Positions 1-11,030 of a DNA stretch of 64,000 nucleotides are shown here, in pieces. Where the stretch lies: IMG/VR virus record IMGVR_UViG_3300050343_000218; one strand, 5' to 3'. A model generated the notes under the pieces. It did no database searches, was not told where the DNA came from, and was given only the letters and a program-made list of their open reading frames with translations. Origin of the DNA: a virus. Position 1 is the stretch's first letter, and the number at the start of each line of letters is the position of its first letter. Made by a program: the position numbers and the translations under genes.

Positions 1-611
1 TCACCAATCACAGTGTTGGTTGTGGAAACTGTCGTAGTGCCGCCAAGAACAGTTAGTTCTCCGTTGATTACAACGTTGTTTGCAACTTCGAGATCTTCTG
101 TAGGAGAACCAACTCCAATGCCTACCTTACCTTCTCCAGTAACAACAATGGCATCTGTAAGATTGTTAGCAGAGGATCCACTAGTTCCGCTAGCTTTGGA
201 TGTCTTGAGTCTGATGTAACCACCAGTAGCAGATCCAGTACCAGCACCACCTGCAATGGTAATATCGGAACCAGAAACGTCAACTCCAACTGCATCATCT
301 CTAGAAACTTTACCAGTAACGTTTAGAGAAGTTGCGACAGTAGCAGAGTTAAAATTAAATGTGCTAGTGGTATCGATCTTAGGTGGAGTAACTGATCCGT
401 CTCTAAGCACCGAAGTGTCAATTGCCTCAAGCCCTACAGAGGTACTGAGTTTTTCTGTGGTGATGGAGTTATCTGCTAACTTCAGGGTAGTAACAGCGCC
501 ATTTCTGATAGTGGAAGTTGTCACCGCTTGGGTGCCTACACCACTATCCAGTTTGGCGTCACTGACTAGCCCATCATTTAAACCAGTTCTCCTGATTCGT
601 GTAAGCGCCAT
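1..611 (-). CDS. Tail fibre-like structural protein, N-terminal part (runs off the window start)
   Basis: Manual translation from ATG at 611: MALTRIRRTGLNDGLVSDAKLD...AVTTLKLADNSITTEKL...GKVGIGVGSPTEDLEV...TTTVSTTNTVI. AVTxxKL and GIG..P motifs are typical of cyanophage fibres. Follows a TATAAATA late promoter. Absent from the ORF track because it has no stop in the window. Confidence 0.8.
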   Translation of the reverse strand, partial: MALTRIRRTGLNDGLVSDAKLDSGVGTQAVTTSTIRNGAVTTLKLADNSITTEKLSTSVGLEAIDTSVLRDGSVTPPKIDTTSTFNFNSATVATSLNVTGKVSRDDAVGVDVSGSDITIAGGAGTGSATGGYIRLKTSKASGTSGSSANNLTDAIVVTGEGKVGIGVGSPTEDLEVANNVVINGELTVLGGTTTVSTTNTVIG

Positions 612-635
612 TGTTTAAACAGATCCTTATGTGAG

Positions 636-643
636 TATTTATA
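636..643 (-). promoter_or_regulatory. T4-type late promoter TATAAATA
   Basis: Plus strand tatttata at 636-643 is the exact gp55 consensus on the minus strand, 25 nt upstream of the ATG at 611. Confidence 0.85.
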
Positions 644-887
644 GTTTGGAAATAAGTTCCTTTAAAAGAGATTTGATGTCGGAAACATCTTTCTTTAAAT
701 TATCAATTTCATCTGCATAACTAATATTTCTTTCGGCAAGCATTTTTGAACGCTTGTATGCCTCAAAGGAGCTTTTATCGTGATTGATAATCGCTCCCGA
801 TTCGTCACGATGGAGATCATCGTGACCCTTTACCTTATGGTAGTTGTAATTTTTAGCCCACATTTCAGCAAGTATTGTACTAGGCAT
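639..887 (-). CDS. Small conserved cyanophage protein (82 aa)
   Basis: KVKGHDDLHRDESGAIIN...C-terminal coiled coil. TAATG overlap with the upstream gene; an alternative start lies at 863. Confidence 0.75.
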   Translation of the reverse strand: MPSTILAEMWAKNYNYHKVKGHDDLHRDESGAIINHDKSSFEAYKRSKMLAERNISYADEIDNLKKDVSDIKSLLKELISKL

Positions 888-3800
888 TAATAAGTTGCAA
901 TTGCTCTAAGGTCCCTAATTCTAGGGGGCATAGATGGATTGCGTGACTTCAATACAACTTTGATAGCGAAAGAATTAAAATCTTTCAATCCATTAATAGT
1001 AAATGAGTATTCTTTGAAGTCTTCTTCGGATTCAGTAATTGGCGAGAAGTTTGTACCTGTGGAAGGCGAAACAGTCTTGTCAGGAACACCAGTGGTGTTA
1101 AAGTATGTCCAGTTGATTTCTTTAAAGAACACCTGTTGTGACGCTCTCTTAGTTTTATACATCAACGAAATGTCGTCTATTTCTTGTAGAGCAGCAGTCA
1201 GTTTGACTGTAATACCACTACCAGGATTATCTAGCGAAATTTCTTTAGTGACATAATTTGCGACGTTAGAAGAATTCTTAAGTCTTTCAGGTGTGTATAA
1301 GAAACCATAAGCTTCATATACAGTTTTAATTTCCTGAGGAACATTGAAACTCTTATTGATAACATCAAAACCAGCTTCGTACAGTCCAGTAGTGCTATCA
1401 CCAGAACCGATTAAATCTCCAGCAACAAACAATGAATTGTTAGAAGAGAAGATCAAACGATAGTTTTCTTGGTTCCAACGATTAGCAACGGCAGTCTTAG
1501 AATCATCATCTAACGCAACGTTACTTCCAGGATCAATATCGAATTGTGCGAGAGAAAGATCTCCAGCAATTTTTAGAGGTAAAGTAAACCCTGTAGCTGC
1601 ACCACTCACAGGATTAGTGGTACTGCCATCAAAGTTCCACTCTTTATTATAAGAAGATGAACCACTGAATTCAGGTTCTTCACCAATAATGAAACCATCA
1701 CCTTCGGTAATTCTCACATACATCTCACCAGGAGAAGATGCATCCCAGTAAGACAGAACACCCTTAGTGCCAGATGTCTTACCAGTAATAACTTGTCCTT
1801 CGCCAGAAGTAACTTCAAACGTTTGAGCAGAACCAAGAGTTGCAGGAGAAGCTGCATTATCCGTTAGTCTCATAACAACTGTCTTATAAACTTCAACCTG
1901 CTGAACTTTCTTCCCGTATCTATCTTCAGTACCATTCGGAGACTCAGCACGGTTGGTGGTGAGAATTGCCTTTGGATTCTTGAGGTTTATAATAGGAGAA
2001 AGATTTGGATTAGTGGTAGAAAGTGTAGCACTAACGGTCATTGATCTCTTATCGTTCATACGATCAGAATATATCTTCTCGTTCAGCTTAGAAGCGATAA
2101 CTCTTTGAGTTGGGAAGTAGTATTCTTTATTGAGAATAATATCAACTGGTTTTTCAATCTCATAGTCAACGATAGTTTCTCTGCTATCGATAGGTTTGAT
2201 CTTAGTAGTCTCAACCATAGTTGAGAGTGTCGTTTCAGGGTAATCAATAGCATCAATTTTAATGACTGCTTTCTCATACTTAATTTGCCCAAGAGCAACA
2301 CCAATATTACCACCACCAGTACCATTACCGCCTGCAACAGTAGGCATCTCCACAGTATAGAAATCGATACCAGCATTAATAACAGGTAAGATTTGATTGT
2401 TTAAAGTAGTAGTCGAATAACCACCGACACCACCAACATTCTTCAGAGCAACAAAGGATCCAGGATTAAGACCGTGGTTTTTATGGTCAATTTTGATAAC
2501 CTTAGTATTGGCACCAAACAGCTGACTCGAAGTAGTACCAGAACCATCAGCATCAGTTCTGACAGGACTTGGTGGAAGGTTGTCATATCCCATATCATCA
2601 TTGACGAGACGAACAACACCAATCTTAGTAATATCAAACTGTGCTCTAAAGATATCAAACTTCAGGTCTTCGTATTGGTTCGCGGTCCAAAGAGTGCTAT
2701 TCTGAGATTTAAACAGCGAACCAAGCAAAGGCTGAGTAGTAACTGTAGAGTTACTGTTAATTTCAGTCTCACCGAGGCGAGAAATGAATGTTTGGTACTG
2801 AGTGCTATTTGTTTCGATGAGAAGAGCATACTCACGGTCATTTTCTAGATATATCGGGTAATCGAAATGGAACTCTGTAGGAATAAGTGCCTTGCTATCT
2901 GTAGCAACACCCATCCTAACTGCAGGTTTGTTATACTTAATAATTGCTGTAGCAGATGCCAGCTGTGTGGCATTAGTACTAACAATCAATACACTTGGAG
3001 GAATTGTATACTCGGTACCACCTAAAGTAGGATTAATTTCATAGATCTTTTGATCTGTGACACTAGGAACTGCAGTAGCTGTAACGCCACCAGGCAATTG
3101 AGGAGATTCAATTGTGACAGTTGTCGAACCTGCATACCCATCTCCAAGATCGTCCATAATAATACGAGAGATGTATCCAGAATCCTGAACGATTTCCACA
3201 GATACAATCTCGTCACCAGATCTGCTGTTATTAGCAACAGTCAGTGAAGTGATAACCAGAGGTTCGCCAGCTATGAAACTCTCTTTGTTGTGGTCTCCCA
3301 AGATTAAAGTATAAACTTGAGTAGTTGCCAGATTGAAGTTGCCATTGACTTCAGGAACAGGAGTATTCTGAGAATCCAGAACTTTGATTAAAGGACCTTG
3401 TGCGTTAGAAGTATCGCCTTCGATGATCTCATTTTTAATGAGAGTGTGTCCACCACTACAAATAACACGAAGATAGGTGTTAGGATCTATTACAACTTCA
3501 GAACCAGGTATGACATTTTTAGAAGGTCTACCAGCAATAGTATCAACTAACTTCACCGAAATTGGCAAGATGGGATCTTTTTCCGAGAAGTACATATTTA
3601 CAGAAGATGCAAATACGCCACCATTAAAGCTTTCAACACGGAAAGTTTGTGCTAGTGGGTCAACAACAGAAACCTCTGGGTTGAGGATATTCTCTGTGTA
3701 CTGTGTACCATCTGTTTTCTCATCATCGCTAAGATTTTCAACAGCGATGATATCATTAGGAGCAGTTTCTTTAATTGCAGTTGCGAAGAAAGAAACATTG

Positions 3801-6800
3801 GCAAATGATTGAGGATGATGTCCGTTAGTGCTGCTGCTCGTAAACTTAATCTTCTTAACACCCAGAGGGAATTTAAGCCCAACAGACTCATCAAAAGTCA
3901 AGTCTTCGATGTTTTCTTCGTGGAAAGTGCCTAAGGATGGTTTTCTACCTGAAGGAATTAGAATAATACCAGAAGCATTTCCAGCATCATCTGTTACTAT
4001 ATTGTCTCCCCAAGACCTGAGGGAAGATCCAGGAATGCCAGAATAGTTACGATCTGGTACCACATACCCACCGATATTGATATTATCCAAGAAAGTATGC
4101 AATCTAGTATTAGGTTTCATCTTACGAAGATGGAACTCAACATATTGCTCTTTCACATACAGAGTGAATGAAGTAGAAAGAACTTTTTCTCCGATGGAAG
4201 TACTGCTTTGCTGTAAAGGAAGCTCTGTATTCTGAGATGCCAGATTAGAAGAACTGGTAATCTTAGACTGAATAACTTCAGCTTCTGCAGTTTGAGGAGC
4301 ATCAGAGCTTAGAGAATTGACATTGCTAAACTCGGAATCGTTACCAAGAATAGAGATCTTACTAACATCGTGAATTTGAGATAGGGCAACATCTCCATCG
4401 GTATAAACTTCCAGAGGATCTAATGTCTGGTTGTCGTTATTATTCAAAGATGGCAGACTATACTCATCGAACCACGGATCGACATTAGGAGAAAGAGCTG
4501 CAGTTCCCTTAAAGGCAAAGATAAGGAAAGGATTGACAGGAATAGTTTCTGTCGCAAAGTTGTTTTGAGCGAGAACTTTTGTGGTGAATGGTAGAGTAAC
4601 CATACCTTTATTGACCACATAACCAGACAAAAGTCTAGAAGTTGGATTTGGATCGTGCTCAAGCAAAGTAACACTAGTCTCTTTAGACTCGGGACGCATC
4701 GAACCACGAGTGAGATCAAGAGCGCACTTATAATCAACGCTGTTGATATTAGAGAGATTGAAGTTCTCGAAGTTATCGACAGCAAAACCAGACTTAAATC
4801 TATCAAGACCAGTTTGACCATCCTTAATTTGAGTGTTAAGAGCTGACTGTTCTAAGATAGACAGCATTGTATATCTCTCGACACGTTCGATTCTCTTCTC
4901 CAATTTGGAGATATCGCGCATTGTAAAACGCTTGTTTTCCACAGGGAAAACTTTGATTTTTCTGAGATTTTCAGTAAACGCAGGAATGTAAATCTTGAAG
5001 ATCTTAATAGCTTCGTCAATTGTTTGTGCAGACTGAGGATCGTTAGAACCAGCACCTTTTTTAACAATAAAGTTACCGTCTTTCTTCAAGTAAATAGTAT
5101 CAATTCTGTCAACGTAGTATTCATACTGACAAGCAAAGGTGTATGGAATACTGGCAGAGCTTTGTGTGTCAGCAGGAAGTGCTGCAGTAACACCACCACT
5201 TGTAAACACTTCAGAAACATTGGATGATGGATCCATCACACTGGCATTCAGATAACCAGGAATAAATGCTGATGTACCAACCAAAGGACGGAAGTCAATT
5301 ACATCTGCTAAAGACTTGCTGCCATATACATTAGAAGTAAATTTGGGAACTTCAGAATATGAAACACCGTTCTCGTGGAGATAAGAATCAACTGCAAAGA
5401 AGTCTCCTTCCGAATGCTTGAAATAATCAAATCCAATAACTAGGGTACCAGTAGGAGTTCTGAAACCAGGTTTTCTAATTAATGCAGATGTGTCATACAA
5501 AGAATCTCTTTGACCATCATCGAATAAGAAGTAATCTGTAATATCAATTCCACTGTTACCTAGAATAGTTCCATCTTCATCAACAGACGGTGCAATACCA
5601 GCTTGCCCTTCATAGACATAACGCAACTTGTATACATCGGAGAAAGACTTGACCTGACCAGTTGGATTGTCGTAATCATCGCCTCTAATTGGGATAATAT
5701 CGTTATCGATATCCGAAGCAATAGAAATTCTTTTCTTCTTGACAGATGTTTTTAGTTTTGGTTTTGCGTTTGCAGTCTCAATAGTACAACTGATTTTCAA
5801 CTTCATATCTGCCAGATTCAGAGCACCTGCTTGATAGAAGTAATCGGGTGGAAGCTTGATGGCAATAGTGCCAGCAGTATTTCCCTCAGAACCACTAGTG
5901 ATCGAGATCATCGAACGATCAATATAGAGAATATCTCCTTCTCTCACTAGATCACCAGTAGCACCGCCATATCTTGTAGTAGTAGCACCAGCAGTATAGA
6001 TCTCCATTACATAATCGCTTTGATTAAATGGAGCAAATTGCTGTTGACCAAAGTCAAGCTGTGCAGCAATAGTAATTTCGTTTGTGGTACCATCAACAGT
6101 AACTGATTCAATAAATTGCTTTCTTGAGAAATAAGTAATCTCAGTATTTGCATCATCCGAAAGAATCGAATAAATTTTACTGTTTGGCAGAGGAAGAACT
6201 AGACTTGATTTTCCAGAATTTTCAATTTTTGCACGAATCTTAGAAACAGTATTAGAATCGAAGTTAGCTAAGAGACGCTGTTTTAAATAAATTCTGGCAA
6301 CTGTATCGGTAGTAGCATTGCAAGCATACGCAACTTCATAACGATACGTAACACCATCAGCAGTGATTTGAATTAAATCATCTTCTTTAAGTTCATCTGC
6401 AGGACGTGCACTATAGTTAGTAGCTTCAATAAAGTCGCAATCTGTTCTGCCAGAATACTGTAGGTTGTTGGTGATAGTTTTAAATTCTGTATAATCGGTA
6501 TCTGCATACTGAATATCTGCAGAGAACGTTCTAGAACTATTACCGTGTGTCATTCCAACGGAACGAAGATCTTCCGTACCAAACGTTTGAATGACATTCT
6601 TATAAAGGAATGCTTTTACATAAGCATCTGGATCGCTAGCACTGTGTACACCACCAACATCAATAACTTCAACAATTGGAGGACTGAGGAATTTATCAGA
6701 AATCTCTCTCCTACCTAATTCGGTGAAAGTAACAGAGTGGACATAATCCTGCTGACCATCGATGCCGTCAACAGCAGTCTCTCTTCTAACAGTAGTGTAG

Positions 6801-9136
6801 TTACCGCGATATTGTCTCTGACCAATTTTCAACTCCATCTGATCAGAATAATTTTCACCACCATAAGGAACAGTGAAGTGACTAATACGACCTTCTACAG
6901 CAATGACAGCAGCTTTGGCACTGTCATCCATATCAAAAATTTCTTCTCCCTCTTCAAACTCTCCAATAACATTTGATAGTACAATTGTATTAGAATGAGA
7001 TAAAGTTGCATTCTCGGGATCATTTTGCCCAACCGACAACCCACCTTCGATAACAGCAGTGGCACCAGAGATAGAACCCTGGATATTAGAACCAGTTTCA
7101 AATGCGTGGATACCAGTTAAAACAATCTTGGTGAAAAGAATGGGGTTGGTATAACTGAATGTGAATGTAGAGTCTTGCTGATTACTAGAAGCAACAACGC
7201 CACGAGTTTTATCAAATCCAACAGGAACTGTTTGGAATTTGAAGTCTCTTGCAATAGCTCTACCAATGATAGGGTGCACTGGAAGAGTATAGTCTAGAAC
7301 CATACCATAATAAGTTGCACCAGTATTGTTACCATATAGAGAGATACCATTACTAGCGCCACCACCAGAACCTCCCAGCTTTACAGGACCGTGTGCTTGG
7401 TAAGATTGATGAATGCTGTATAGAGTTGCAATAGGACCTCTTAGAATCAGTTCGTGCACAACGTGCTCCGAACCAGATTCATTCATACCACCAGTAGCAC
7501 TATCTTCGCTCCAAGGAACGTTTCTATCTCTATCCGTATTGTATTTTTGATTAAATCTTGCGGCAACAACTTTAATCTCATCATAAGAGGTGCCATTAAA
7601 GTGGAACACAGATGCTGAAGTGCCAACCTTCAAGTCGGTGTAAACAATATCTGTAGTATTAGTTGCAAGGTCAATAGGCTCACCATTGACAGGATCGACA
7701 CCAGGATATACCCATACTGTCATAGTTGCAGCATCGGTATTATAAGTTGTTCCTCTTAGATCGCTAGCAACAAAAATGCCTGTATCTTGACTGTTTTTGG
7801 AACCATTATCGCCAAGATAAGAATCAATAAATTTTCTATAAAAATTAGCTTTCTTAAATGGTGTAGATTCTCCATCAGAAGTAGCACTAATAGGAACAGA
7901 ACCGTGAACTCCACGTATACCAACTGTAGGCAAAGGTGTGGAATATAGTCTGGTATTTTCTCTACTCTGAGTATCTTTTGCTTTATCTAATTCGAGATAC
8001 TTAGTATCTGTACTTTCTACTTCGTAACCACGAACATAAGCTTTACCAGGACCGATGCCAACAATAAACTTTCCATCAGCTGCCAGTTCAGATAAACCGT
8101 TGACTAGACCAGTTGATGAATTGACATCATAGTAACCAGATCCATCAGCGTTGTAATATTCTTTAAGGTCGGCAATAAAATTCTTTACGATATAATCGCC
8201 AGACTCGTCATAAGTTCTACGTGCCAGAATCTCTTCAATCTGACTAGGTGAAGTTTGAGTAATTTGTCTCTGGATTTTACCTTCTTCCAGGAAGACAAGC
8301 TGAACAAAGTTTTTATTTGATGGAGCGTCAACAGCAAACTTTTGAAGATTCAAAGTAATCTTCAGTCTATGAGCTCCAGGTGCAGAATAGTTAGAGTAAC
8401 CCTGAGCGTTATCCTTCAGCGAAGGATCGTCTTCTGGAGTGACAATTGATTCTGTAATATCCCAACCAATCTTATAAGAAGAAATAGCACTGTATTTCTC
8501 TAGAATAAGAGTTTGAGATTCGTTCTGGACAAAATGTCCATTAATAAAGTAAATGCCTTTCTGAACGTTTACAGCAGAACCAAAACCCATAGCAGTAGTA
8601 TCTGCTGGTTTGATTCCATCTGTACCTACAACTAGAGTCGGATCGTTATCCGTTGTAGGAGTTTCTAATTTGAGAGATTCGCCCTGTCTAAACCTAACGT
8701 CAGTATTATCAGAACCTGAACTGACATACTTAACAAAAATAGTATCAGCGTCTGTTGTAGTTTCTAAAGCGTGATTATCAACAAATGCCTTAACACCAGA
8801 AGTCTGACCGACAAGAATCTTGCCGACCAGCTGAGAAATATTGTATTTGACGAAATTAATTTCGCCATTTACGTTTTGTGCAACCTGAGAGACGCTACTT
8901 AACTTAACATAGTCATACGTATTAGAATACGAGACTTCGCCAGGGATCACCATTTGACCCTGTTTGAACATACTATTGCCGACTTGTTCGACCTGATCCT
9001 GCAGCATAGACTGCAGCTGAGTTAACTCTCTCGCTTGGATTGAGTAACCAGGTCTGAACAGAATCCTATAGAAGTTTTTCCCCGTATCAAAATCGTCAAA
9101 ATACGGGGATCTATTCAGGTTAGTGTTTTGTGGCAT
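887..9136 (-). CDS. VrlC-like / DUF4815-type large virion structural protein (2749 aa)
   Basis: N-terminus MPQNTNLNRSPYFDDFD...RILFRPGYSIQARELTQLQS, internal LARRTYDESGDY and RFKSGFAVDNF, C-terminal FAIKVVLKS...PRIRDLRAIA. Position after gp8 is as in cyanomyoviruses. Confidence 0.85.
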   Translation of the reverse strand: MPQNTNLNRSPYFDDFDTGKNFYRILFRPGYSIQARELTQLQSMLQDQVEQVGNSMFKQGQMVIPGEVSYSNTYDYVKLSSVSQVAQNVNGEINFVKYNISQLVGKILVGQTSGVKAFVDNHALETTTDADTIFVKYVSSGSDNTDVRFRQGESLKLETPTTDNDPTLVVGTDGIKPADTTAMGFGSAVNVQKGIYFINGHFVQNESQTLILEKYSAISSYKIGWDITESIVTPEDDPSLKDNAQGYSNYSAPGAHRLKITLNLQKFAVDAPSNKNFVQLVFLEEGKIQRQITQTSPSQIEEILARRTYDESGDYIVKNFIADLKEYYNADGSGYYDVNSSTGLVNGLSELAADGKFIVGIGPGKAYVRGYEVESTDTKYLELDKAKDTQSRENTRLYSTPLPTVGIRGVHGSVPISATSDGESTPFKKANFYRKFIDSYLGDNGSKNSQDTGIFVASDLRGTTYNTDAATMTVWVYPGVDPVNGEPIDLATNTTDIVYTDLKVGTSASVFHFNGTSYDEIKVVAARFNQKYNTDRDRNVPWSEDSATGGMNESGSEHVVHELILRGPIATLYSIHQSYQAHGPVKLGGSGGGASNGISLYGNNTGATYYGMVLDYTLPVHPIIGRAIARDFKFQTVPVGFDKTRGVVASSNQQDSTFTFSYTNPILFTKIVLTGIHAFETGSNIQGSISGATAVIEGGLSVGQNDPENATLSHSNTIVLSNVIGEFEEGEEIFDMDDSAKAAVIAVEGRISHFTVPYGGENYSDQMELKIGQRQYRGNYTTVRRETAVDGIDGQQDYVHSVTFTELGRREISDKFLSPPIVEVIDVGGVHSASDPDAYVKAFLYKNVIQTFGTEDLRSVGMTHGNSSRTFSADIQYADTDYTEFKTITNNLQYSGRTDCDFIEATNYSARPADELKEDDLIQITADGVTYRYEVAYACNATTDTVARIYLKQRLLANFDSNTVSKIRAKIENSGKSSLVLPLPNSKIYSILSDDANTEITYFSRKQFIESVTVDGTTNEITIAAQLDFGQQQFAPFNQSDYVMEIYTAGATTTRYGGATGDLVREGDILYIDRSMISITSGSEGNTAGTIAIKLPPDYFYQAGALNLADMKLKISCTIETANAKPKLKTSVKKKRISIASDIDNDIIPIRGDDYDNPTGQVKSFSDVYKLRYVYEGQAGIAPSVDEDGTILGNSGIDITDYFLFDDGQRDSLYDTSALIRKPGFRTPTGTLVIGFDYFKHSEGDFFAVDSYLHENGVSYSEVPKFTSNVYGSKSLADVIDFRPLVGTSAFIPGYLNASVMDPSSNVSEVFTSGGVTAALPADTQSSASIPYTFACQYEYYVDRIDTIYLKKDGNFIVKKGAGSNDPQSAQTIDEAIKIFKIYIPAFTENLRKIKVFPVENKRFTMRDISKLEKRIERVERYTMLSILEQSALNTQIKDGQTGLDRFKSGFAVDNFENFNLSNINSVDYKCALDLTRGSMRPESKETSVTLLEHDPNPTSRLLSGYVVNKGMVTLPFTTKVLAQNNFATETIPVNPFLIFAFKGTAALSPNVDPWFDEYSLPSLNNNDNQTLDPLEVYTDGDVALSQIHDVSKISILGNDSEFSNVNSLSSDAPQTAEAEVIQSKITSSSNLASQNTELPLQQSSTSIGEKVLSTSFTLYVKEQYVEFHLRKMKPNTRLHTFLDNINIGGYVVPDRNYSGIPGSSLRSWGDNIVTDDAGNASGIILIPSGRKPSLGTFHEENIEDLTFDESVGLKFPLGVKKIKFTSSSTNGHHPQSFANVSFFATAIKETAPNDIIAVENLSDDEKTDGTQYTENILNPEVSVVDPLAQTFRVESFNGGVFASSVNMYFSEKDPILPISVKLVDTIAGRPSKNVIPGSEVVIDPNTYLRVICSGGHTLIKNEIIEGDTSNAQGPLIKVLDSQNTPVPEVNGNFNLATTQVYTLILGDHNKESFIAGEPLVITSLTVANNSRSGDEIVSVEIVQDSGYISRIIMDDLGDGYAGSTTVTIESPQLPGGVTATAVPSVTDQKIYEINPTLGGTEYTIPPSVLIVSTNATQLASATAIIKYNKPAVRMGVATDSKALIPTEFHFDYPIYLENDREYALLIETNSTQYQTFISRLGETEINSNSTVTTQPLLGSLFKSQNSTLWTANQYEDLKFDIFRAQFDITKIGVVRLVNDDMGYDNLPPSPVRTDADGSGTTSSQLFGANTKVIKIDHKNHGLNPGSFVALKNVGGVGGYSTTTLNNQILPVINAGIDFYTVEMPTVAGGNGTGGGNIGVALGQIKYEKAVIKIDAIDYPETTLSTMVETTKIKPIDSRETIVDYEIEKPVDIILNKEYYFPTQRVIASKLNEKIYSDRMNDKRSMTVSATLSTTNPNLSPIINLKNPKAILTTNRAESPNGTEDRYGKKVQQVEVYKTVVMRLTDNAASPATLGSAQTFEVTSGEGQVITGKTSGTKGVLSYWDASSPGEMYVRITEGDGFIIGEEPEFSGSSSYNKEWNFDGSTTNPVSGAATGFTLPLKIAGDLSLAQFDIDPGSNVALDDDSKTAVANRWNQENYRLIFSSNNSLFVAGDLIGSGDSTTGLYEAGFDVINKSFNVPQEIKTVYEAYGFLYTPERLKNSSNVANYVTKEISLDNPGSGITVKLTAALQEIDDISLMYKTKRASQQVFFKEINWTYFNTTGVPDKTVSPSTGTNFSPITESEEDFKEYSFTINGLKDFNSFAIKVVLKSRNPSMPPRIRDLRAIATY

Positions 9137-9154
9137 CTCTTAGGTCTCTTTTAA

Positions 9155-10975
9155 TTAGAACTCAACAACGAGTTTAATGTCTTCAATCTGGTCAGAAGCA
9201 CGAGAAATTGCACGACGGTTCTCAATATAGATGATGTCACCAGAGTTGCCTTCGATTTCGGGATTAGCGAGACCAGAAGCAAAGATAACACCGCCGTCAG
9301 TCTGACCACCAGGAGTATTATATGTACTATTTACCGTAGCAGTAGAAAGCGAAGTTCCGCCAGAAACTGTATCAGCACCATTGCTGAAATCATACACAAC
9401 GCCGTTATGTGTGTGACGGTCAGGAGACTGGAAGTACTTAACGATGTTGTAGGTTACGCCGTCAACAGTACCCTTCCAAGAAACTACAGTTGCTTTAGCA
9501 ACAACTGTATCGCCATTGCCATCGGTATAAGTTTGTGAAATTTCTTCGTCAACGAAGAAATCGCCAGATGGGTTCTGCAGCTTAAGTGCAGGAGTTGCAC
9601 TCAGGTTGTCAGCAGTAGCGAAATCGGTAGAGTTGTAGTTGTATGGGTCGCGCAGCAAACCGATACGACGGAAGTCGTTATCAGTTGGGAAGTCGCCTTC
9701 GCCTTCATCGTAGGTCAAGCGAGTGTTAATCATCACACGCTTACCACCCAATTCCTCTACAGGATCCTTTCCGTGTCCACCTTGAGGGGGGATAATCACT
9801 TCCAGGGCACCACCAGTAGCATCGGTGTTAGCGTCGATGTTAGAGGGGGTTGTGAGAGCAGCATCGCTATAGACATCGCTCAAATTAATTGAAGCGTATG
9901 TGTATCCTGTACCAGAAGCTTGAAGACTTGCTTCGACAATAGCACCTGAATCAACAACTAGTTTAGCAATACCAGCACTACCATTACCTTGAATAGGAGC
10001 ATAGTAGGTACCAGGGTCATAGTTGGTACCAGAATCAGTAATAAGAATATTATCGATAGCACCATCAACAGCAGAAGTAATAACTGCAGTTTCTTCCACA
10101 ATAGGAAGGAAGTCAGTGGAGAGGAACTTCAGCACACTATCGGTAGGGATGGTGTACATATACTTCCAAACGTATGGACGCTTACCATCCGTACGGAATC
10201 CAGGGTTGCCAGCATCTTCAGGTTCGATGAAAATACCAGAGATTGACTGAACTTTAGTTGGTTCTGTTACAGAAACAACACCGTTAGGATCGGTAGGGGT
10301 CTGACCGTTGTAGATGCATTTGAAAACCTCATAGCTGCTGTTCATCACATAGAATGTGGCAGCAAACAATGAAGATGAACCTGTAGCAGAAGTTTTAGCA
10401 CTGCTATAATCAGGCTTGTACATATCGTACACAGTGTTAGCGCCGAAGTTATAACGCTTGACCACAAAGGTCACGTCATCTTTTTTCACACGCTTGAGTG
10501 AGATCATATCATCGAAGATCTCAAACTTTTCTTCTTGCGAGTCGAAAGGTTGTGTAGGAGTGTTCTCTGTACCAGTTCTCCATACACCAGCTTTACCAGT
10601 AGCACCAGAAGTATTACCTGTTACAGCGACTCCAGCAACAAAGTTGGAGTTCTGTCCCGAAGCGCCATTGACGCCAGAGAGAAGGACTGAATTGGGAAAC
10701 ACTTTTTCGACCGTGCCGTAAACGGTAGCGCCACCAGGGTAAGAACTACCTTGGTAGACGATCTCGCCTTCCTGGAAAGTGTTATTGATAGCATATAGTT
10801 CTAAATATGCACGCCATTCTTGGGGGCGTCCAATAAAGAAGTATAGTCGAGTACGTTGGGTGCCAGACTCAGCTGCTGTTTCCTCTGAGGGGGAAGCAGT
10901 GTCGGGTTCCGCCAGCGCCTCAACGAACTGCTGTGCATTATGAATTCTAAAAAGATCAGTGATAATTGCAGACAT
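9155..10975 (-). CDS. gp8: Baseplate wedge subunit gp8
   Basis: MSAIITDLFRIHNAQQFVE, YFFIGRPQEW, YVWKYMYTI, IIPPQGGHG.DPVEELGG.RVM, C-terminal GDIIYIENRRAISRASDQIEDIKLVVEF. Confidence 0.92.
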   Translation of the reverse strand: MSAIITDLFRIHNAQQFVEALAEPDTASPSEETAAESGTQRTRLYFFIGRPQEWRAYLELYAINNTFQEGEIVYQGSSYPGGATVYGTVEKVFPNSVLLSGVNGASGQNSNFVAGVAVTGNTSGATGKAGVWRTGTENTPTQPFDSQEEKFEIFDDMISLKRVKKDDVTFVVKRYNFGANTVYDMYKPDYSSAKTSATGSSSLFAATFYVMNSSYEVFKCIYNGQTPTDPNGVVSVTEPTKVQSISGIFIEPEDAGNPGFRTDGKRPYVWKYMYTIPTDSVLKFLSTDFLPIVEETAVITSAVDGAIDNILITDSGTNYDPGTYYAPIQGNGSAGIAKLVVDSGAIVEASLQASGTGYTYASINLSDVYSDAALTTPSNIDANTDATGGALEVIIPPQGGHGKDPVEELGGKRVMINTRLTYDEGEGDFPTDNDFRRIGLLRDPYNYNSTDFATADNLSATPALKLQNPSGDFFVDEEISQTYTDGNGDTVVAKATVVSWKGTVDGVTYNIVKYFQSPDRHTHNGVVYDFSNGADTVSGGTSLSTATVNSTYNTPGGQTDGGVIFASGLANPEIEGNSGDIIYIENRRAISRASDQIEDIKLVVEF

Positions 10976-11008
10976 TGGATTTTCGTATACTGAGACTGGA
11001 TCCGTGGT

Positions 11009-11021
11009 TATTTATATTTAG
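11009..11021 (-). promoter_or_regulatory. Overlapping late promoters CTAAATA/TATAAATA upstream of gp8
   Basis: Minus strand reads CTAAATATAAATA in the gp7-gp8 gap. Confidence 0.8.
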
Positions 11022-11030
11022 TGACTTTAA

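Noticed and set aside
4935-4943. Isolated TTTTCCACA (and TTATCCACA at 40716)
   Set aside because: Single copies inside coding sequence are compatible with chance. Only the clustered intergenic copies were kept.
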